Shown: positions 1 through 10,172 of the stretch, piece by piece
Layout: each line of letters starts with the position of its first letter
Position numbering within the stretch: the stretch's first letter is position 1
From: a virus
Direction: 5' to 3' (one strand)
IMG/VR virus record: IMGVR_UViG_3300045454_000119
Span: 3,173 to 67,172 of that record
Length of the DNA stretch: 64,000 nucleotides
Program-made: the position numbers and the translations under genes
Notes under the pieces: generated by a model
The model's input: the letters and a program-made list of their open reading frames with translations, nothing else
What the model was told of the DNA's origin: nothing
Databases searched by the model: none

Positions 1-3000
1 GCGTCGCCGTTAGACTCTCCCGTCAGCTTCAAGTAGGTGAAGTCCACCCCCGGCTGGGGGCGGGTGCGGCGGACCACGGTGCCGAGCCCCAGGTAGTCGT
101 ACCCCTCGACCGTCCCGGACGTGTCCGACAGGGACGATAGCCGGCTGATGGTGTTAGCGAGCCCGGCCGTGTAGTTGCCGGTGAGGACGTACCCGGACGG
201 GTACGTCACCGACGTGGGCCGGCTGTGGTTGGCCCCGCCCGCCATCTCAGAGTAGGCGTAGCCCACCTTCGGGGTGGACCCGGTCACGGCCCCGCTGTGC
301 GACTGCCAGTCGGCGGTGAGCTGGCCGAGGCCGTTGTAGTCCCGCTTGACATCGGTCACCACCGCCCCGCCGGACGCCGCAGTGTACGTCGTCACCTTGA
401 ACGGGTTCCCCTGCCCGTCGTAGGCCGTCTCGACCCGCCGCACCGCCCCGTCCACCCCGCTCCCGAGCGTCGTCGCCGCGTCCGCCGTCACCCGCCCGAG
501 CACGTCGTAGGACAGGGTGTGGACCGTCCCGTTCCGGTCGGTGCTGGTCGCGGTCTGGCCGAGGGCGTTGACCGTCACGCTCTCCTGCTGGGCCGAACTC
601 GCCGCACCGGTCGACGGGTCCGGCCACCACGTCTTGCCGGCCACGTCGTTAGAGTCCAGCCCGCTCCCCCCGGCCCCGGACGTGACCCCCCACACCCACT
701 GGGTCGTCTGCACCCCGCCCCCGGTCAGCCGGGCGGTCAGGCTGGACATCCCGGCCCCGTTGTAGGCGTACTCGGTGGTCTTGTCGTCGGCGTCGGAGAC
801 CACCCCGTCGACGTAGTTCTCGACCGTCTTGGCCGTCCGCCCGAGGGCGTCGTAGGTCGTCCGGGCGACCAGCCCCTTCGGGTCGGTCACGTCCCGCACC
901 CGCCCGGCCGCGTCGTACAGGTAGCTCGTCACCAGGGCCGTGTCCGATCGGGCCGGGACCGTCCCGGGGCGGGTCCATGCGGTTCCGCCGTTCGTCCCCA
1001 CGTCCACCGCCGCCGTCGCCCGCCCGCCGGCGTCGTAGTAGTACCCGGTGTAAGACACCCGCGCCTTGACCCCGGTGGTGGGGGTGCCCAGGGCCCCGGT
1101 CGCTGTCTCGTCGTGAAACCGCCGCCGGCTAGTCACGGTCAGCACCTTCCCGCCGGCGTCGTAGGCCGTCTCCCCCTGCTCCAGCACCGCGTCGCCGGTC
1201 ACGTCGTCGGCGTGGTCCCACGACCCCGCTGCCCCGGGGGCCGGATCGCCCCCGCCGTCGGTGGCGTAGGTTACCGTCGCCCGCCCGGCCCCGTCGTAGG
1301 CGGTCTTGGTCACCAATCCGCCCGGCGATCGGGTCTTGAGGACCCGGCCAGCCTTATCGTACCAGGTGTCGGTTCGGAGCGTGTTGGTACTCGCGGCCCC
1401 GCCGGACACCGAGTACATGTCGCTCCGGTAGACCCGCCCCAGCTCGTCGTAACTGGCCGCAGCCTGGGCTACCAGCCCGGACCCGGGCGCGTCCGGCACC
1501 CCGTCCGCGTTGGCGTCCGACGGCGTCACCCCGTCCGCGTCGTACGCCCGGGTCTTCGTGACCTGGCCGAGGTTGTCGAGGTCGAGGTAGGTGAGCGGCC
1601 TGTTGACGGCCAGCCCGGCCGATGTCTGTTCGGCAGCTAGCGCCTCGACCCCGGCCTTGGTAGCCACGGCCCGATCCCGCCAGTCGTACCACGTCTGGGT
1701 CACCCGAGCGGCCCCGCCCAGCCCGGGGTACTCCGTCACCTTCGTTCGGGTCCCGTCCCCGACCCCGCCCCCGTCGTACTCGTACTCCCGGACCTTGACC
1801 AGGTTCGTCCCGGCCGTGTTGGCCGGTGACCAGCTCCCGGTGGTCGGGGTGTCGTCCGTCCCGACCCACTCGCTCACCGCCCGCCCCAGCCCGTCGAACA
1901 CCGTCCGGCTGATCGTCCCCTGGGGGGTGACCGACCGGTTCGGGTAGCCGCCGTGGGTGTACCCGGACTCGGCCCGGTAATAGTGGGTCCCGGACACCGC
2001 CCCGCTCAGGACCGCGGCCGTCGAGTAGGTGAGGCCGGACAGGTTGAAGTAGGCGTCCGAGTACACCCGTTGGCCGGCGCTGTTGACGTGGGACCGGGAC
2101 AGGGACTGGAGGGACGAAACCGCCTCGGCCCCGGTCGGCCGGCCGCCGGTCACGGCCGGGGCGGCGGACATGGTCAGGGTCTCGGTGTACCCCCGGGCCC
2201 GGTCCTCCCGGGACACGACCGTCGGCCCGGTCGGGGCGGTCCCCGTCCACCCCGGGTACTGTCGGACCTCGCGGGCCGGGTCGTTGTACACCGTGTAGTC
2301 GATCACCCCGTCCGGCCGGGTCGTCTTCGTCGTCCGCCCGAGCGGGTCGACCTCGTAGGTCGTCGTCAGGTGGAGCCCGGCCGGGCTGGACCACCCGGCC
2401 GGTAGCCCGGCAAAGGTGGCGGTCAGGTCGGTGTCGACATCGGTGATCTGCTTGACCGCCGCCCCGGTGGCCGGGTCGTACTCGGTGTAGCCGATCGACC
2501 CGGCGGCGTCCTTCGCCCAGGCCACCCGCCCGAGGGCGTCGTAGGCGATGACGCTGGAGGTGGCTGTCCCTGGCCCGTTCTGGGCGGTGGTGACGGCCGG
2601 CAGGGTGGTGGTGACGGTCGCCGGGAGGGCGGTCGTGCCCTGCCAGGTGTACGACAGGGTGGTGGTCTGGGCCCCGGTCCCGTTCTCGTTCCGGTACACG
2701 GTGGTGGCGGCCGGGACGACCGTCACCCCGTCCCCGGCCAGGGCGTAGGTGGTGGTCGCCTGCTTGACCCCGGCCCCGCCCGTCCCCCGGTGGAGGAGCG
2801 TGTCGGTCAGCCGGGTGTCGACGTTCCCGCCGGAAGTCGCGGTCGCGTACTGGTACGCGGTCACCAGCCCGGACCCGGCCGCCAGGTGGGTCGCCCCGAG
2901 CCCGGTCGCCCCGTACCCGAGCAGGTCGGCCAGGGCCTCCGCGTGCCCGGTCACCGCCGACGGCCCGGCCTCCGCCACCACCCGCCGGGCCGGGTCCTTC

Positions 3001-5669
3001 AGCCCGCCGTACGGGTCGAGCCGGTAGTCCGGGGCGTACTTGCTCGCCCACCGCCACTGCTGGCCGGTGGCCGCGTCCTTGTACACCCGCAGCAAGAGGT
3101 CGTTGTTCCGGTTCAGGTAGTAGGTGTTCTCGTTCCCGTCCGGCAGCGTCTCGACCACCTTCCGGACCCAGGTGTTCGGCAGCTTGGCGAACGGCTCGGC
3201 CCGGGCCGCGTACGTGTACGTGTAGGTGCCCTGGCCGCCGGAGCAGGCCGAGCACCCGTCCCCGGCGGCCACCCGCTTGGTCGCCCGGTTGGACGAGTCG
3301 TACTCCAGGTAGGTGTCGGCGTACGGGGCGACCTGGGCGTCGGACAGGGCGTCCACGTTCGCCCCGAGGGCGGCCACCAGCCGGTCGTACGCGGCCGGGC
3401 CGAACGCGTACTTCAGGTTCCCCGGCCCCATCATCCCGGGGTAGTACCGGTAGTAGCTGGTCTCCACCGGGTTCCCGGCCGCGTCCTTGACCACCGCCAG
3501 CTTGACCTGGCCGGACCCCATCCCGGTCCCGTAGGTGTAGGCCGCCGACCGGACGGTCGACCACGCCCCGGCCCCGACCTTCCGCCGCAGGGTGGCGGTG
3601 TTGGCCGTGTAGTCGGTGGCGACCGACTCGGTCACCGCCGTCGCCCCCGACCCGACCACCGTCTGGACGTCGGTCGGCCGGCCGGAGGAGTCGTACGCGG
3701 CCACCGCCGTCTGGGACCCGCCCGGGGCGGTCACCGCCTTCAGCCGGCCGGCCAGCCCGGCCGAGGTGTTGGCCGAGTTGAAGTCCCAGAAGGTGTACCG
3801 GGCCCCCCGGCCGTCGGTCACCTCGACCACCCCGTTGGCGGTGTCCTCGGTCAGCCGGTACGGGGCGTCGAACCGGGGGCGGAAGGTCGGGGCCTCGGGG
3901 GCCGACCAGTGGTCGAAGTACTTGTCGAAGAACGCCACCGGGTCGCCCCGGTCGACGACCGCCAGGGACGACCCGTTCGGGGCCCAGCCGTTGGGGTTGA
4001 CCCGGGCCAGGCTCAGCCCCATCCCGGTGGTGGTCGTCCCGCCGGTCTGCCCGCCGGTCCCGGAGGCCAGGACGGACGCCCACCCCCACCCCTGGCGGGC
4101 CGGGGCCCCGCCGGCCCCCCCGCCCAGGTCGTCCCGCTTGAGGGTCACCGTCCCGTCCAGGGCGACCCCGCCGGCGGTCGCCGCCCCGGGGCTCGGCCCG
4201 ACCCCCGCCCCGCCCCCCAGCCACCCGCCGCACCCGCAGTCCGCCGGGAGCGGGCCGGGGATCAGGGTGGCCTCGGCGAAGGCCTCCGACCCGGCCGTGT
4301 AGTTGGCGTCCCCGTTGTACCGGTACCGCACCCGCATGAACCCGTTGGCGTCGACGGCCAGGGCGGCGGTGACGATCCCGGTGTAGGCGTGCCCGTCCGC
4401 CCCCGGCTGGAGGGTGGCCGTCCCGAGCTTGGTGTTGGTGGCGTAGTCGTAGAAGTCGACCGTCCCGGTCGGGGTCGGGAGGGACGGGTTCTTGCTGTAC
4501 CCGACCCGGACGGCGATCGGCTGGCCGGGGGCCAGCGAGGTGACCTGGGCCGCCATCGGGATGTTCATCGGCGGCGGGTCGTTGCTGGCCGCCACCCACA
4601 CCCCGCCGGTAAAGCCCGGCCCGAACGGCTGGTACTCGCCCTGGGGGGCCGGGAGCTGGAGCCCGGTCGCCCCGTCGAACACCCGGACGGTGGCGGTCGG
4701 CCCGGGGCCGGTGCCCACCACGACATCAGCATAAGGATCGTCGCTCACATATGCGAGGGCCACCCGCACCCCGCCGGTCGCCTCCGCCCCGAACGGGGCG
4801 AAGTCCAGGAGGGTTCCGCCGGTGGCGCCGGAGAACACCCGCACCTGCGCGGGGTCGCCCGGACCGGTCCCGACGGCCAGGTCGAACGTCCCGTCCGCGT
4901 CCGCGTCCCCGGCCAACGCATCAGCACCGACCGACACTCCGCCCCGGGTGGCCGGGTCGAAGGCGTAGAAGCTGCCGAGCGGGCCGTCCACCGGGGCCGT
5001 GGTGAACAGGTCGTAGACCTTGACGTGCGGGGCCCCGCCGACCCCGGCGCCCACCGCCAGGTCGGCCAGCCCGTCCCCGGTGACATCCGCCGCGGCCACC
5101 GACACCCCGCCGTCGAAGTCCGGGTCGAAGGCGAAGAAGTCCCGGATCACCGACCCGTCGGCCCCGCTGAACACCCGGACCCGGGGGCCGCCGCCATGCC
5201 CGGCCGCGGTGATGACGTCCGGCACCCCGTCCCCGTCCACCTCCCCGGCCGCCACCGTCAGCCCGCCGGTGAACGTCTCCTCGTACGCCCAGAAGCTGCC
5301 GATCGCCCCCGGCACCTGCTCGCCCGTCTTCCCGTCCAACACCCTAACGTTCGGCCCACCACCCGGGCCGGGGGCGGCCACCAGGTCGGGGTAGCCGTCC
5401 CGGGTGAAGTCGGCCGCCGCCACCCGCACCCCGCCGGCGAACGCCGTGTCGTACACCGCCCGCTCGAAGTCCAGCTCGCCGGTCTCGGCGTCGTACGCCC
5501 GGACCACCGGGGCCCCGCCCTCCCCGGCCCCGGCGAAAATCACCGGGAGGGGCAACGGCCGCCCGCCGTCCGGGACCACCCGGTCTTCGAGCCCTTCGAC
5601 CCGCAGGGGAGCGGGTCGGCGCGTGGCAGTACGGGCCGGCTGGCGGAGCCAGTGGGTGAGACGGTTCAT
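1..5669 (-). CDS. Giant secreted RHS/YD-repeat protein with planctomycete export signal, FG-GAP repeats and Ig-like domain (3' end outside window; probable polymorphic toxin)
   Basis: Hand translation from CAT 5667-5669: MNRLTHWLRQP...LRVEGLEDRVVP, then repeated 'GGVRVAAADFTRDGYPDLVAAPGPGGGP', 'AAGEVDGDGVPDVITAAG' (FG-GAP), then many 'YDALGR/YDAAGR/YDELGR' YD repeats. No stop seen before position 1, so it is absent from the ORF track. Confidence 0.9.
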   Translation of the reverse strand, partial: MNRLTHWLRQPARTATRRPAPLRVEGLEDRVVPDGGRPLPLPVIFAGAGEGGAPVVRAYDAETGELDFERAVYDTAFAGGVRVAAADFTRDGYPDLVAAPGPGGGPNVRVLDGKTGEQVPGAIGSFWAYEETFTGGLTVAAGEVDGDGVPDVITAAGHGGGPRVRVFSGADGSVIRDFFAFDPDFDGGVSVAAADVTGDGLADLAVGAGVGGAPHVKVYDLFTTAPVDGPLGSFYAFDPATRGGVSVGADALAGDADADGTFDLAVGTGPGDPAQVRVFSGATGGTLLDFAPFGAEATGGVRVALAYVSDDPYADVVVGTGPGPTATVRVFDGATGLQLPAPQGEYQPFGPGFTGGVWVAASNDPPPMNIPMAAQVTSLAPGQPIAVRVGYSKNPSLPTPTGTVDFYDYATNTKLGTATLQPGADGHAYTGIVTAALAVDANGFMRVRYRYNGDANYTAGSEAFAEATLIPGPLPADCGCGGWLGGGAGVGPSPGAATAGGVALDGTVTLKRDDLGGGAGGAPARQGWGWASVLASGTGGQTGGTTTTGMGLSLARVNPNGWAPNGSSLAVVDRGDPVAFFDKYFDHWSAPEAPTFRPRFDAPYRLTEDTANGVVEVTDGRGARYTFWDFNSANTSAGLAGRLKAVTAPGGSQTAVAAYDSSGRPTDVQTVVGSGATAVTESVATDYTANTATLRRKVGAGAWSTVRSAAYTYGTGMGSGQVKLAVVKDAAGNPVETSYYRYYPGMMGPGNLKYAFGPAAYDRLVAALGANVDALSDAQVAPYADTYLEYDSSNRATKRVAAGDGCSACSGGQGTYTYTYAARAEPFAKLPNTWVRKVVETLPDGNENTYYLNRNNDLLLRVYKDAATGQQWRWASKYAPDYRLDPYGGLKDPARRVVAEAGPSAVTGHAEALADLLGYGATGLGATHLAAGSGLVTAYQYATATSGGNVDTRLTDTLLHRGTGGAGVKQATTTYALAGDGVTVVPAATTVYRNENGTGAQTTTLSYTWQGTTALPATVTTTLPAVTTAQNGPGTATSSVIAYDALGRVAWAKDAAGSIGYTEYDPATGAAVKQITDVDTDLTATFAGLPAGWSSPAGLHLTTTYEVDPLGRTTKTTRPDGVIDYTVYNDPAREVRQYPGWTGTAPTGPTVVSREDRARGYTETLTMSAAPAVTGGRPTGAEAVSSLQSLSRSHVNSAGQRVYSDAYFNLSGLTYSTAAVLSGAVSGTHYYRAESGYTHGGYPNRSVTPQGTISRTVFDGLGRAVSEWVGTDDTPTTGSWSPANTAGTNLVKVREYEYDGGGVGDGTRTKVTEYPGLGGAARVTQTWYDWRDRAVATKAGVEALAAEQTSAGLAVNRPLTYLDLDNLGQVTKTRAYDADGVTPSDANADGVPDAPGSGLVAQAAASYDELGRVYRSDMYSVSGGAASTNTLRTDTWYDKAGRVLKTRSPGGLVTKTAYDGAGRATVTYATDGGGDPAPGAAGSWDHADDVTGDAVLEQGETAYDAGGKVLTVTSRRRFHDETATGALGTPTTGVKARVSYTGYYYDAGGRATAAVDVGTNGGTAWTRPGTVPARSDTALVTSYLYDAAGRVRDVTDPKGLVARTTYDALGRTAKTVENYVDGVVSDADDKTTEYAYNGAGMSSLTARLTGGGVQTTQWVWGVTSGAGGSGLDSNDVAGKTWWPDPSTGAASSAQQESVTVNALGQTATSTDRNGTVHTLSYDVLGRVTADAATTLGSGVDGAVRRVETAYDGQGNPFKVTTYTAASGGAVVTDVKRDYNGLGQLTADWQSHSGAVTGSTPKVGYAYSEMAGGANHSRPTSVTYPSGYVLTGNYTAGLANTISRLSSLSDTSGTVEGYDYLGLGTVVRRTRPQPGVDFTYLKLTGESNGD

Positions 5670-5933
5670 TAATTGTGATCGCCGAGGGTGCGGCGTCGAG
5701 GGTGCGAGTTCAGGCGAGGAGATAGAAACTTACCCGTTCCGACGGGCCGCGCCAACCCGCGGATTCGGAATAATCCGGAAAATTGCACCCGGTTTCCGGG
5801 ACATAGCGTGTGTTGACACGAGGACCAGAAATGTTCGGCGGTGACGGCAAAACGCTTGTCGACCTCCGGAGTGGCCGCCCGTGTGTCGGCATCTGGCCCG
5901 GGGCGGCGCGGGGTAACGAGTCGGAACGGCCGG

Positions 5934-6824
5934 TCAGCGACACCGGCGGGATTGCGGCTTGGGAACAGGAGGGACGGCGACGGCCGCCAGGCCGAGGTTG
6001 GCCCGGTCGTCGGCGGCGTTCGTCAGCTCGATCCCGAAGCCGGGGAAGCACCCGACGACCGCCCGCCGCCCGGAGGCGAGCGCGTCCCGGCACCGGACCC
6101 GGGGGAACTCGGGCCACCCGCCGGTGGCAATGTGGGTCAGGACGAGGTAGGCCACGACGACCCGGGCCGGGGCCGGCTCCTCGTCCTTGGCCAGCCCGGA
6201 GGCCTGCTTGTCGTACCCCTTGCCCGGGTCGACCAGCCGGAGCTGCCGCCACCCCTCGGCGACGGCGTGCTTGCCGAACGGCTGCTTGTCCGCCCAGTCG
6301 CCGGGGCAGAACAGCCCGGGGAACCTGAGCCGTAAACTGGTGATCGCCGTGCCGGGGTCCCAGAAGGTGACGGACCCGGGCCGCGGGGGCGGCCGGGCCG
6401 GCGGGTCGTACGGCGGGTACAGCCCGAGCAGCTCGTGGGCCTTGGCCGGGGTGATCCCGTCCAACGCCGGCGGCGGGGGTTTCGGGGCCGGGGGTTCCGT
6501 CCGGGGTGGAACCTCCACAACGGGTTCGGCCGGGACCGGCGGCAGGGCGGGCGGGTCCGCCTCCTCCTCGTCCGACACCTGACCGGTGAACCACTCCTCG
6601 GTCCGGGATAAACACTCCTCGGCGTCCGCGAGCCCCGCCGGCGTCAGGGTGCCCTTGAGGGCGAAGAACCGGATCGCGTCGGCCCACCCCTTTTCCTCGG
6701 CGGCCTCGAACAGCACCCCGCCGTCGGTCGAGTCGATCTCGGATAGTTTTTCCAGCAGGATTTCCGCCCGCCGGCACAGGGCCAGCGAGCGGGGCGAAAC
6801 GCGGTCGTTTACCGGGCCGGTCAT
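5934..6824 (-). CDS. Hypothetical protein with Pro-rich linker (296 aa)
   Basis: Protein-like composition; follows the 6834-7040 ORF closely. Confidence 0.65.
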   Translation of the reverse strand: MTGPVNDRVSPRSLALCRRAEILLEKLSEIDSTDGGVLFEAAEEKGWADAIRFFALKGTLTPAGLADAEECLSRTEEWFTGQVSDEEEADPPALPPVPAEPVVEVPPRTEPPAPKPPPPALDGITPAKAHELLGLYPPYDPPARPPPRPGSVTFWDPGTAITSLRLRFPGLFCPGDWADKQPFGKHAVAEGWRQLRLVDPGKGYDKQASGLAKDEEPAPARVVVAYLVLTHIATGGWPEFPRVRCRDALASGRRAVVGCFPGFGIELTNAADDRANLGLAAVAVPPVPKPQSRRCR

Positions 6825-6833
6825 GGGCCGAGG

Positions 6834-7040
6834 TTAAACCGGCTTGCGGGTCGGGGGAAGGTCCGCAAACGGCCCGTAGGGGTCGTTCAGCAGCTCGTCG
6901 GCGTCGTCCCGGTCGTCCACCGGCCCGCAGTCGCAGTGCTCCCGGCAGAGCGGGGCGTGGCGGCGGCAGGTGATGGCGGTGCAGGTGCACAGCCGCTTGT
7001 CGGTCAGGTTCCTCGTCTGGCAGCAGTAGCACGCGGACAT
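6834..7040 (-). CDS. Small Cys-rich (probable Zn-binding) protein
   Basis: MSACYCCQ...CTCTAITCRRHAPLCREHCDC; GGAGG RBS upstream. Confidence 0.55.
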   Translation of the reverse strand: MSACYCCQTRNLTDKRLCTCTAITCRRHAPLCREHCDCGPVDDRDDADELLNDPYGPFADLPPTRKPV

Positions 7041-7350
7041 GGGGGCCTCCTTTCCCCCGATCAGAGCGCCTCCCGGCCCGTCGCGCGATCTCAGTAGCGG
7101 TGAAATCTTTTCCCTCCCGCACGGTCCTCGTGGGCCGTCGAACTCGTCCCCATGCATGGGTAAAAACCGCGATACGGCCGCCCCGGAAGGGGGTGAGATT
7201 ATAGTGTTGGAACCCGTCCGACCCGGCCTTCCGGACTCCGGGAATCTCCGTATCGCATGAGGTGTTCAGTTCGCCCTGGTGGTGGAGGCCCCGTGCCCCC
7301 GTACGGGGGCCTGCGGACACAACTTGCAAGCGTCGACGGGGCCGGGTGGG

Positions 7351-7614
7351 TTACAGCCTCTTCCAGCCGACCGGCTCGCACCGGAAGGCCTCCCCGGCGG
7401 GGGACACGACGACATCGCCGATGGAGGTGCTGCGGGCTTCGGGGTCGATGCACGTCACGCCGGGCTGGAGGGACCAATGCCGGTCGTGGCTGTTGGTCCG
7501 TGCGAAGGCGGCTTGCGGGTCGGCGGCGTCGACCTCGGCAACGAGCCGGTAGCCGTCGGGCCAGCGGGGCGGGGGGAACTGAAAACGCTCTGCGTGGAAG
7601 ACTCGGTATTTCAT
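7351..7614 (-). CDS. YodL-like small protein
   Basis: 'ARSTSIGDVVV' resembles the YodL-family RS-S-GDVV motif. Confidence 0.55.
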   Translation of the reverse strand: MKYRVFHAERFQFPPPRWPDGYRLVAEVDAADPQAAFARTNSHDRHWSLQPGVTCIDPEARSTSIGDVVVSPAGEAFRCEPVGWKRL

Positions 7615-7674
7615 CTCTGGGAATTCGGAAGGGCCGGGGGCGACTCTCCCCCGGCTGGTTAATCTCGGAAGGGG

Positions 7675-8211
7675 TCAGCCGCCGCGGTTCCCGAAGTAGG
7701 GGCCGCTCTCGTCGAACGTGACTTCCCCGCCCTCGCAGCGGAGCATGCCGTTGTAGGCACACCCGCACTCGAAGTAGCGGAGGGTAAGGGTCAGGTCCGG
7801 GAACATCTCGGCGGCCCGCTTAATGACCGGCTCCGGGGGGCTCCAGGCGGTCTCGAAGTGCAGGTCCTGGGAAACCTCCCTGTCCCACTCGCTCCGCTGG
7901 CCGATTTGCACCCGGCAGGCGTTCCACTTGGTGCCCCAGTTCTCGACGCACCAGTCGTAGCCGCCGGAGTTGAACCCGTCCGGCGGGATGGGTACGGTTT
8001 CCCGCTCGGCGGGTGTCAGGGAGTTGAAGCGGTCGTAGAACGCTTCCCGCTCCCGGTCCATCTGCTCCCACTTCTCCGGGTAGGGGATGAAGCGGTTGAA
8101 GTCGAACGGGGTTTCCTCGCCGTCGGGGGTCCCCTTCGCGTGCTCCAGAAACGCCGTCACCTTGTCGGCCGGCCCTTCGACGGTCAAATCGCATTCACAC
8201 CAATTCGGCAT
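7675..8211 (-). CDS. DUF1281/YubB ferredoxin-like family protein
   Basis: MPNWC start, 'YDWCVENWGTKWNA', 'FETAWSPP' signature motifs. Confidence 0.85.
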   Translation of the reverse strand: MPNWCECDLTVEGPADKVTAFLEHAKGTPDGEETPFDFNRFIPYPEKWEQMDREREAFYDRFNSLTPAERETVPIPPDGFNSGGYDWCVENWGTKWNACRVQIGQRSEWDREVSQDLHFETAWSPPEPVIKRAAEMFPDLTLTLRYFECGCAYNGMLRCEGGEVTFDESGPYFGNRGG

Positions 8212-8274
8212 ATTCCTCCGGATAAACAGAAGGGCCGGGCGGCCACTCTCCGCCCGGCTCGTTGTCGTCTGGCG

Positions 8275-9255
8275 TTAAGCGGCTAAGGCGATGTCGTAGG
8301 CCCGCCGTTTAATCCGCTCGCCGTCCCCGAACCAGGCGGAATCCAGCCGCGTTTCGGCGTCGTCCTTCCGCCTACCCCGGAGGTGGTCGACCCAATCGGT
8401 GACCGCGTTGTAGGCCCCCCAGTAGGTGCCGTGGACGCCGTTCAGCATCGCCCCCGGTGCGGCGTAGTACGCCGACAGGATCTGCGGGTAGGCCCTGGGC
8501 TTCTTCCCGTGGGTGTAGGTGTCCGGGGCGATGTCGAGTACGGCGTCGACGTACCGTTGCAACCCGTCGATGGGCAAGGCCTTGGCGGCCATCGTGCGGA
8601 AGTCGGCGACGGTGGCCGTGAAGGTCTTCGCGGCCATGTCGACGGTTTTCTGAACGAGGGAAAGGCCCTGTTCTACCCCCGAGGTGTGCCGAACCCGGAT
8701 GCAGTCCTCTAACCCGGCGTCGGCTCTGCGGTCGGCCCGTGAGAGGGTGTTCCAGCAAACGACCCGGATGGTGGTGAACTGGCACCGCACCGACTGGCTG
8801 CCGTCGTGGGCGTTTGAGAGGAGGAAGTACCCCCGGACGGAATCGCGGTCCACTACGTCGGCGATGGCGTCCTTGAGCCGTGCCAGAACCCAAACCCGCT
8901 TGCCGGCTTTGAGGCTCCCGGCTGCCTCCAACTCGCAAAGGCCGGAGTCCAGGAACGGCTGGAAGAAGTCGAAGGCGACGACGTTTTGCAGCGGCTTGTA
9001 CCCGTTGCCGACGACGCCGAGGATGCTCCGGTCAGAACTCCGGACAACGGCATGGTGGGTGTCGACGCCGATGGTGCTGATGGTCTCTCGGTCGCCGTCG
9101 AACATCGCCGCGTAGATGTTCTCCAACGACACCGACCAATCGAGGCCAGCGGCCCGGATGGCGTCCGGTATCGAGGGTGACTCTGGGAGCACAACCCCGA
9201 GCTTGTGCCAAGCCGGGGTGCGGGTGAAGAAGGCGGTTTCTATCTCGTGTGCCAT
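8275..9255 (-). CDS. DUF932 family phage/plasmid protein (TIGR03299-like)
   Basis: 'MAHEIE...PAWHKLG', 'AAGLDW', 'YKPLQN', 'HDGS...TTIRVVCWNT', 'GTYWGAYNAVT'. Confidence 0.9.
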   Translation of the reverse strand: MAHEIETAFFTRTPAWHKLGVVLPESPSIPDAIRAAGLDWSVSLENIYAAMFDGDRETISTIGVDTHHAVVRSSDRSILGVVGNGYKPLQNVVAFDFFQPFLDSGLCELEAAGSLKAGKRVWVLARLKDAIADVVDRDSVRGYFLLSNAHDGSQSVRCQFTTIRVVCWNTLSRADRRADAGLEDCIRVRHTSGVEQGLSLVQKTVDMAAKTFTATVADFRTMAAKALPIDGLQRYVDAVLDIAPDTYTHGKKPRAYPQILSAYYAAPGAMLNGVHGTYWGAYNAVTDWVDHLRGRRKDDAETRLDSAWFGDGERIKRRAYDIALAA

Positions 9256-9328
9256 TGGGTCTTCTCCTGATGCGGGGTCGGTTTCACAGGTCCGACCTCT
9301 GTTAACGGGGCCAGATTACTACGGAATC

Positions 9329-9350
9329 CAAAGACGAGTCAACATCTTTG
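9329..9350 (-). promoter_or_regulatory. Palindromic operator/-35 element (copy 1) upstream of DUF932 operon
   Basis: CAAAGAC-GAGTCAAC-ATCTTTG; minus-strand TTGACT -35 with TAATCT 18 nt downstream; 21/22 identical to 11079-11100. Confidence 0.7.
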
Positions 9351-9478
9351 AGACGTAAATCAGAAGAAATAACCGGGGTTGAGCGGCAGTAGAACGGCGT
9401 TTGCCGCCCCTCCGCTTAACTGCTAACTCGGCGCTTCGCCGGATGACGGAAATGGCGGGGAGCGGGGGAACGCCGGGG

Positions 9479-9565
9479 CCTGACTGCCTCCGGCCGGGTG
9501 GCCGGCGAGGGAATTGGGGGAGGGGTGGTGCCGGAATCCCGGCCACCCGGCCGGAGGCAGTCAGG
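9479..9565. repeat. Perfect 27-bp inverted repeat with 33-nt G-rich spacer
   Basis: cctgactgcctccggccgggtggccgg (9479-9505) and its exact reverse complement (9539-9565). Confidence 0.9.
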
Positions 9566-10172
9566 AGATGCGTTTGAACTCGATGACCCAGACCCACGGG
9601 TTCTCGGACCAGGTGTAGCCCGGCCGCTTGCCGTTAATGCGGTCCCAGACCTCCGCGAAACCTTGCCGGTACGTCTCGACCTTGGCGGCGAGGGCGCTCG
9701 GGTAAACCCGCCGCTCATAGGCCACCGGGGCTCCTTCTGCCCGCGCGTCCGCCTCGCTGATATCCCCCACCCGCTCGACCCGCACACCGGTAATCTCCAG
9801 CGTGCTGCGGCTGGCCCAGCGGGGCATGTGGATGGACGGCTTCCAGGGAGCGCAGCGGCTTCTGTCCCAGGTCGCTCGGTAACGCACCCCGTGGTGGGGC
9901 GCGGCCGGCTGAGAAACGGATGACTTCGTCGGGTCGAAACCCTCGGGGTATTTCTCGCAGCCAGCGGAGCACGGGACGAGTGCGAACGCCTCCCGCACCC
10001 AGAGCCAATCGCCGGGCTGGCCGTGGGGGCAGCGCTCATCCTCGTTGAGGATTGGTACTCCAATCCAGGAAGTCATCGGCAACGGCGTGATGACCCGCCG
10101 CGTCTGCGACTTCCGCCCGTCGAGGATCGCCCGGACCATCTCGTCGCTGAAGAGAATCGGCCGCTCCTTCAT
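9561..10172 (-). CDS. ASCH/PUA-like phage protein
   Basis: 'MKERPILFSDEMVRAILDGRKSQTRR', 'WKPSIHMPRWASR', 'DISEADARAEG', 'NPWVWVIEF'. Confidence 0.85.
   Translation of the reverse strand: MKERPILFSDEMVRAILDGRKSQTRRVITPLPMTSWIGVPILNEDERCPHGQPGDWLWVREAFALVPCSAGCEKYPEGFDPTKSSVSQPAAPHHGVRYRATWDRSRCAPWKPSIHMPRWASRSTLEITGVRVERVGDISEADARAEGAPVAYERRVYPSALAAKVETYRQGFAEVWDRINGKRPGYTWSENPWVWVIEFKRIS

Noticed and set aside
225-5672. Long track ORFs (471, 960, 1081 aa) over the RHS gene, and similar ones over TMP, tail, TerL and capsid genes
   Set aside because: Arg/Gly/Pro-rich shadow frames of high-GC genes; the real frames carry recognisable motifs.
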